Source: Nymphaea colorata (Eukaryota). Taken from it: a DNA stretch of 64,000 bases. The notes below the pieces were generated by a model, which did no database searches, was not told the origin of the DNA, and worked only from the letters and a program-made list of their open reading frames with translations. A program made the position numbers and the translations under genes. Below, piece after piece: positions 58,866 through 64,000 of this stretch. Each line of letters opens with the position of its first letter. Within the stretch, counting starts at the first letter, position 1. The DNA is taken from the NCBI RefSeq assembly GCF_008831285.2, contig NC_045138.2, positions 26,102,001 through 26,166,000 of the forward strand, given 5' to 3'.

Positions 58866-60873
58866 CTACTGCCTGTATAAATTCTCCATGGTTTCCTTCA
58901 AACGAGCAACATCAGCACCAATGACCTCATTGACCTTCTTACCGTTTTGAAAGAAATGGAGAGTTGGCTGCAAAAATTTCATGTTGAAAAACATCAGCAC
59001 AAATGTGTTTTCCACTTTTATTATACTACATTAAAGCTAAGAAACCATGATAACAGAAGAGTTGGTATCCCTAATTCTAGTTAAAAGATTTCTCATAGCA
59101 ATGCTGGTGCATTGGTGTCAGATATTTTGAAATTGAACAAAGTGAATAAAAGGATAATTAATGTGCCATTCACTCCATTAGGATACTGATGCACCGAGTT
59201 TCAATAACTTTCAGGCCATGTTTGAAGATCTGAGGTGATCGTAGGTCAACAGTCTTCCAATGTAACTGGATTTGAAAACCAGGAATATGAAATCCACTGT
59301 TTGTTTAAACAGTGGATATCCCGACATAGATCTCAGATCAACCTCGGATCTTAAATCAGAGGCTACCAAGCACGGCTTTAAGGGCCAAGCACCTTTTCAA
59401 GCCTGTACTCTACTCATCTCTCCTTCAGGTCTGGAATAGTTTGTGGAAGCATTATCCATTTTCACAATGTACCCTTCTTTGAGTTAGTGCACTCCTTCCC
59501 ATACCAACGCCTCTCTCTCTCTCTCTTTTTCATATACACACGCATACAGACCCACACATGCAAACAAACAGCTAGTTCTGAAGACGCTTCACACATCAAA
59601 GGAATCAGCATTATTGCATGTCCAGCAATCACTTCAATTTTTAAAAAAGTGGAGATTTTTGGGTACAAAAGGAGTAGGAAAAAGGAAAGTACGAAAGAAA
59701 AGGATGTCAAAAACAGAGAGAGAGGCAATCGTGCCAGCCAGTGGAGAGAAAGTTTACATGAAGAGAAGTCCTAACAACCTTCCTACAAAGCCTTTCATTT
59801 TTAATAGGATGGTATCCCTATAAAGAGAGCAATAATTCATGTGAATGACTTGTCGCAGAAAGATACAAACATAATATCAATATGCAATACAAAATTATCA
59901 TCAAGAGGCCAATAATCCAGACATGTTCATCGAAGCTAGCAACACAGTAACAAACTGCATTAAAAATAAACTTCATAGGCACATACCACAGAGAAGATCC
60001 TTAACTCACTCAATTTTTTTGCAAGTCCCTCCTGCAATAGAACCAAAAGTGATTAACTTAAAGCTGTTGACAACCATGTCCATTGAAACAACTGAGAAAT
60101 ATCCATTCATCTTCAACCCAGAACAACATTTAGAGGAGAAAGCATGTTTATTCACTCTTCTTCTTATGATTGTCATGCAATTAGTGGGAAACTATGATGT
60201 TTCAATATTCACGACTTCAATGCCAAGAAGAAATTAGAGAAAGGATCAAGAGAGATAAACTTGTGTCTGACAAAGGGTAGCTACATCAGCAACTAGTTCA
60301 CTACATTCTATAAACCTCAAATCTGAAAATAATAAAGCATATCAGATCACTGCAATATGTAGTTATATATGCCATGGACGTGGGTGGAGGCTATGCGGAT
60401 GCAAAAGCAACAAATGCAAGTATGCAACATAAAATTTGAAGAAAACTTAGATGCATGGATGTTGACATATGTACAGTAAATACAATATGGACATTGATCA
60501 TGAGTCACCATCCAACTTGATTGACGGTATAGAAGGAACCAAGTGCAAAGACGAATGACACTTATACTTTGAACAAGAACAAGTAATTTCATAAGTAGCA
60601 GCTTAAGAACCACTAATCAAATTGATCAGATGGTCCATAATCAGCCAACATAATCTTCATATTTGTTCAATTCAAACATTCAAACTACCATGTATATATG
60701 TGTGTGTGTATATAGGTGGGTAAAAACAACTTCTTTTGCAAAGGTCTATTTTACACAAATACGGTTTAATGTTACCTTCATGGTCTGTTTGAAACGACAA
60801 CATCATGGAACATTTTGGAAAAGAAAGTACCTACCGATTTTCCTCAAATAGATTATTTCTGGGAGAAAACTTG

Positions 60874-60925
<52 letters not shown>

Positions 60926-62930
60926 TTGGTAGATGAAAAAGAAAATTGAGAATAATAATAACAATTAAACAAGTTAAACTGATTCTCTCACAAAATCATG
61001 ATGCACTAATGTTGGTTCACGTATTCAATCTACCAACAATATTAAATTGGTGTATCAAAATTCAAGCAAAACTCGGAGCCTAACTTATTAAGAGAAATTT
61101 TAAGTCACAGAGGGAACTAATAGATCACCTAGGTCAAATTTAAGCTCGAATAAGATTGCCATCATTACTAAGGAAATTGTCACCATAGAAGAATGCAAGT
61201 GGAAAAGAATAGTACAATGAGTAACATCTTTAGACAGAAAGACTACTCCATTACTGTGTTAACAGGTAGATGCTAAGCCTCCATGACTGATGAATTTTGA
61301 TTTATGCTTTCTCAGCACCAAGTAGATGTCCCAGACTTTCTTCATTGGAGTTGTGAAGAGAAAAAATTGCTAAAAGCCGTGACAATCACCATATAACAGA
61401 CTTCATTTATGTTTTATAGATGACGATTAAAGCAAGAGGAGGTGGATAAGACTATAGAAGCAGCAAAGGTCACAACTTATATGCACTTCCAATAATTGTA
61501 TACACTACTCAAGATGAAGACAGAATACCATGTTGCTACGGATTTGGACAACTATCTAGAACTGCTTATTAGCAGGACCTACTTTTTAGCTCAAATGGAA
61601 AAACTAAGTGAGCAAGCTATGCTATCTCTGTCACAAGCTAGTCCAACAGTTGGCTCAAACTTCAAATTTGTAGAAAGGTTTAATGTTTATCAGTCTAATG
61701 AAGTCTATGGCACATGAATCACTTAGCTCCCCAACTGACATTGCAGGCCAAGCCACATTGGTTCTCTGCTGGGTACAAAAATGAGGAAAGCAAGACGAAT
61801 ATGATTGATGTATAATTCGCTTTAAAGTAGTGGGCTTTAAACAATGGTGAAAATCTGCATCGATCGAGATGTTCCAAAATCGAGATATGAAAATAATTCA
61901 ATCCCGAAGACACAAAGCAAATCATAAAATAATCAAACAGCACTTTATAACTGTGACCACGGATTCCCTTCTATTTGATCAAAAACTACTTGCAGGCACT
62001 AATCAATTTGAAGCCACAAGATGGAGGATGATGACCTTACCTGATCTACGTCAATTTTGTAAGTGGTCACGTGCGGATACTTCTTACTCTGCTCTTCGAT
62101 GATTGGAGCTATGAATTTGCCTGAAAATGAAACAAAGTTGAATGTCATATAAGAGTGGCTTCCGCCAACATCTATGGTGAGAGAGAGCTAGTGGAACCAT
62201 ACAGAGGGTCAAAAATGTATAGAGCCAAAAGAAGATAGAGACAGACAGAGATAGAAGGGGGAAGCTGTCCACTTACAAGGCCCACACCAGACGGCAGTAA
62301 AGTAGAAAATCGCAGCCGATCCATTATCTAAGACGAATCAAACAACTCACGAAAAAACAGCATAAGTGATTATAGACCAATGCCCTTGTCCCACGCGCTC
62401 TTGTAGAACGCCAAAGGAGACAAACTTATAGGATGGTACCTTGAACCTTCTTGAGGGACTGGTTGAATTCATCTTCCGAGCTAATTAACTGAATATTTGA
62501 AGGACCTGAAAATCGACACTTCTTGGTTATACAGTAAGATTCCATGCGTTGCAGATTGGCTCTCTAATGTAAAGGCGAAATTACCAAACGCAAATGGCAG
62601 CAGAAGGCCAAACACCGCGACCTCGGACCATAGTCACAGGGAAGACAAGGAATGAGAAAGAGCAGAAAAAAAAGAAGAAATAAGGGGCTTACTTGAACCA
62701 CTAGAATAGGTCCGAGAGCCCAGCGTGGAGAGGGCGAAGGGGACGGAGCGCGGCGGGGAAGAAGCGAAGATGGATGTCGGCTCAACAGCACCGGGGACGC
62801 TGGGCTTGGCTGCGGAGGCGAGTGAGCGGAGGAGAGGTTGGTCGTCGGCAAGGGCGGAGCCTGACCGGACGAATCTGCGGAGAGAGAGGCATCGGAGTTG
62901 AAGGCCGCGGGACACACACCTCTTCATCAT
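58866..62930 (-). CDS. TRXO: Thioredoxin o-type (mitochondrial), ~193 aa, 6 exons
   Basis: Exons 62693-62930, 62440-62505, 62277-62327, 62041-62120, 59987-60031, 58866-58967; 582 nt in frame. Arg/Ser-rich transit peptide, FYFTAVWCGPC active site, TTYKIDVD, VPTLHFF, GADVARLK. Confidence 0.9.
59214..59378. mobile_element. Tourist/PIF-Harbinger-like MITE in the last intron of the thioredoxin gene
   Basis: GGCCATGTTTG...CAAGCACGGCT imperfect TIRs; internal palindrome ATCCACTGTTT...AAACAGTGGAT. Confidence 0.55.
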
Positions 62931-64000
62931 TTTCTCCGGCGGTCGGGACGACAACTCGAGCCCGATAAATTTTTTCGCACCGTTTTCCTCCTCCCTCCGG
63001 TTTCCCTCGCAAATGGCGGGCTGCGAGCTCGAGGGCCATCGCCTTCCTGACGTCGTCGCTTACGATAACTCGGCTCAGAGCTCGATGCAAACGGGTCGGA
63101 CCCTCACGTGAACATTATACCGATCCGATTTGACACGAAGGTCGAGATCGAACCTGATTAAATACAAATGTTGGATCTGATATTATGCTAATCGGATCTG
63201 AAATTGATTTAAAAAGAAGGTTTAATCTGAATCCGGATCAAAATTAGATCTGAATCCGAATGTCAAGAGAAGACATTCCTAGGTTCGGTTGGAGATCCAA
63301 ATAATCGATCTGATCTCATATGGGACTAAAAATTTGATAACATCAATATATGCTGAGATCAAGCTCCAAATTATTAGATCACCACCCTTGGCAAGGAGAC
63401 TTGGCTGTTTGACATGAAGAATATTATGTGGATATTCTATGAATTCACAAATATTGAGGCAGGTAGATTCATGACCAACTTGAATCAGGCATAGTATCGC
63501 TGATCAGGCTAGCGAGCCAATGAGAGTCCAGTCAACAGTTCGATTCTCGTGAATGCTATTCTTCTGAATTATAAACGATAACATGCACAATATCGAGTTA
63601 AAGGGTGTGTCATATGTCCACTAAGATCCCGAGAAGGGGAGTGGTTTTCGCCTCTCACCAAGAGAAAGGAGGAACAACATCTATAAGTTTCAAAATTTCT
63701 ATCTGAGCTAAATTAAATTTTCAAACTGCCCAACAGTGAAATTTTTATCAGATCTATAGATCCAAAAAAACTGATATTGCCTGATCACAAATGCCACCTG
63801 CCATCCCCATGCCAAGAACATGTCACAATTATATTGATTCTTGGGCCTCCAGAAAGTATGGGTTGCCTTGACTGAATCTTTCCATCCATGTGACTCCATG
63901 CTGTATCCAACAGCCAACAAAATCCAAAGATTGAAAATATCAAAAAAAAATAATCCAAAGACAAAATATATCCAATCCCCATTGTCTCATGGGTGGTTTT

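Overview
Plant (angiosperm) nuclear genomic DNA, AT-rich with many (AG)n/(AT)n microsatellites. Seven protein-coding genes can be assembled by hand from ORFs and splice signals. They are: a PB1-domain Raf-like (group B4) MAPKKK (+, 2127-8303); an intronless small protein with a YDPxSYAQNFD motif (-); a 12-exon, internally duplicated plant lytic-transglycosylase (SLT)-like protein ending in a CaaX box (-, 19596-28161); a defensin (+); an F-box/LRR gene (-) with a nearby truncated pseudogene copy; a RAN1/HMA7-type Cu P1B-ATPase whose first intron is GC-AG (-); and a mitochondrial o-type thioredoxin (-). Intergenic DNA holds several MITEs, a 4x108-bp tandem array whose indels all preserve a 36-aa-repeat ORF, a diverged ~130-bp tandem array and a ~2.3-2.5-kb tandem segmental duplication. 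No demonstrably new system was found. The best leads are the SLT-like gene (degenerate catalytic motifs, and a CaaX box that retention of one short intron would remove) and the frame-preserving tandem repeat. Family assignments rest on motif recognition only; no database searches were run.
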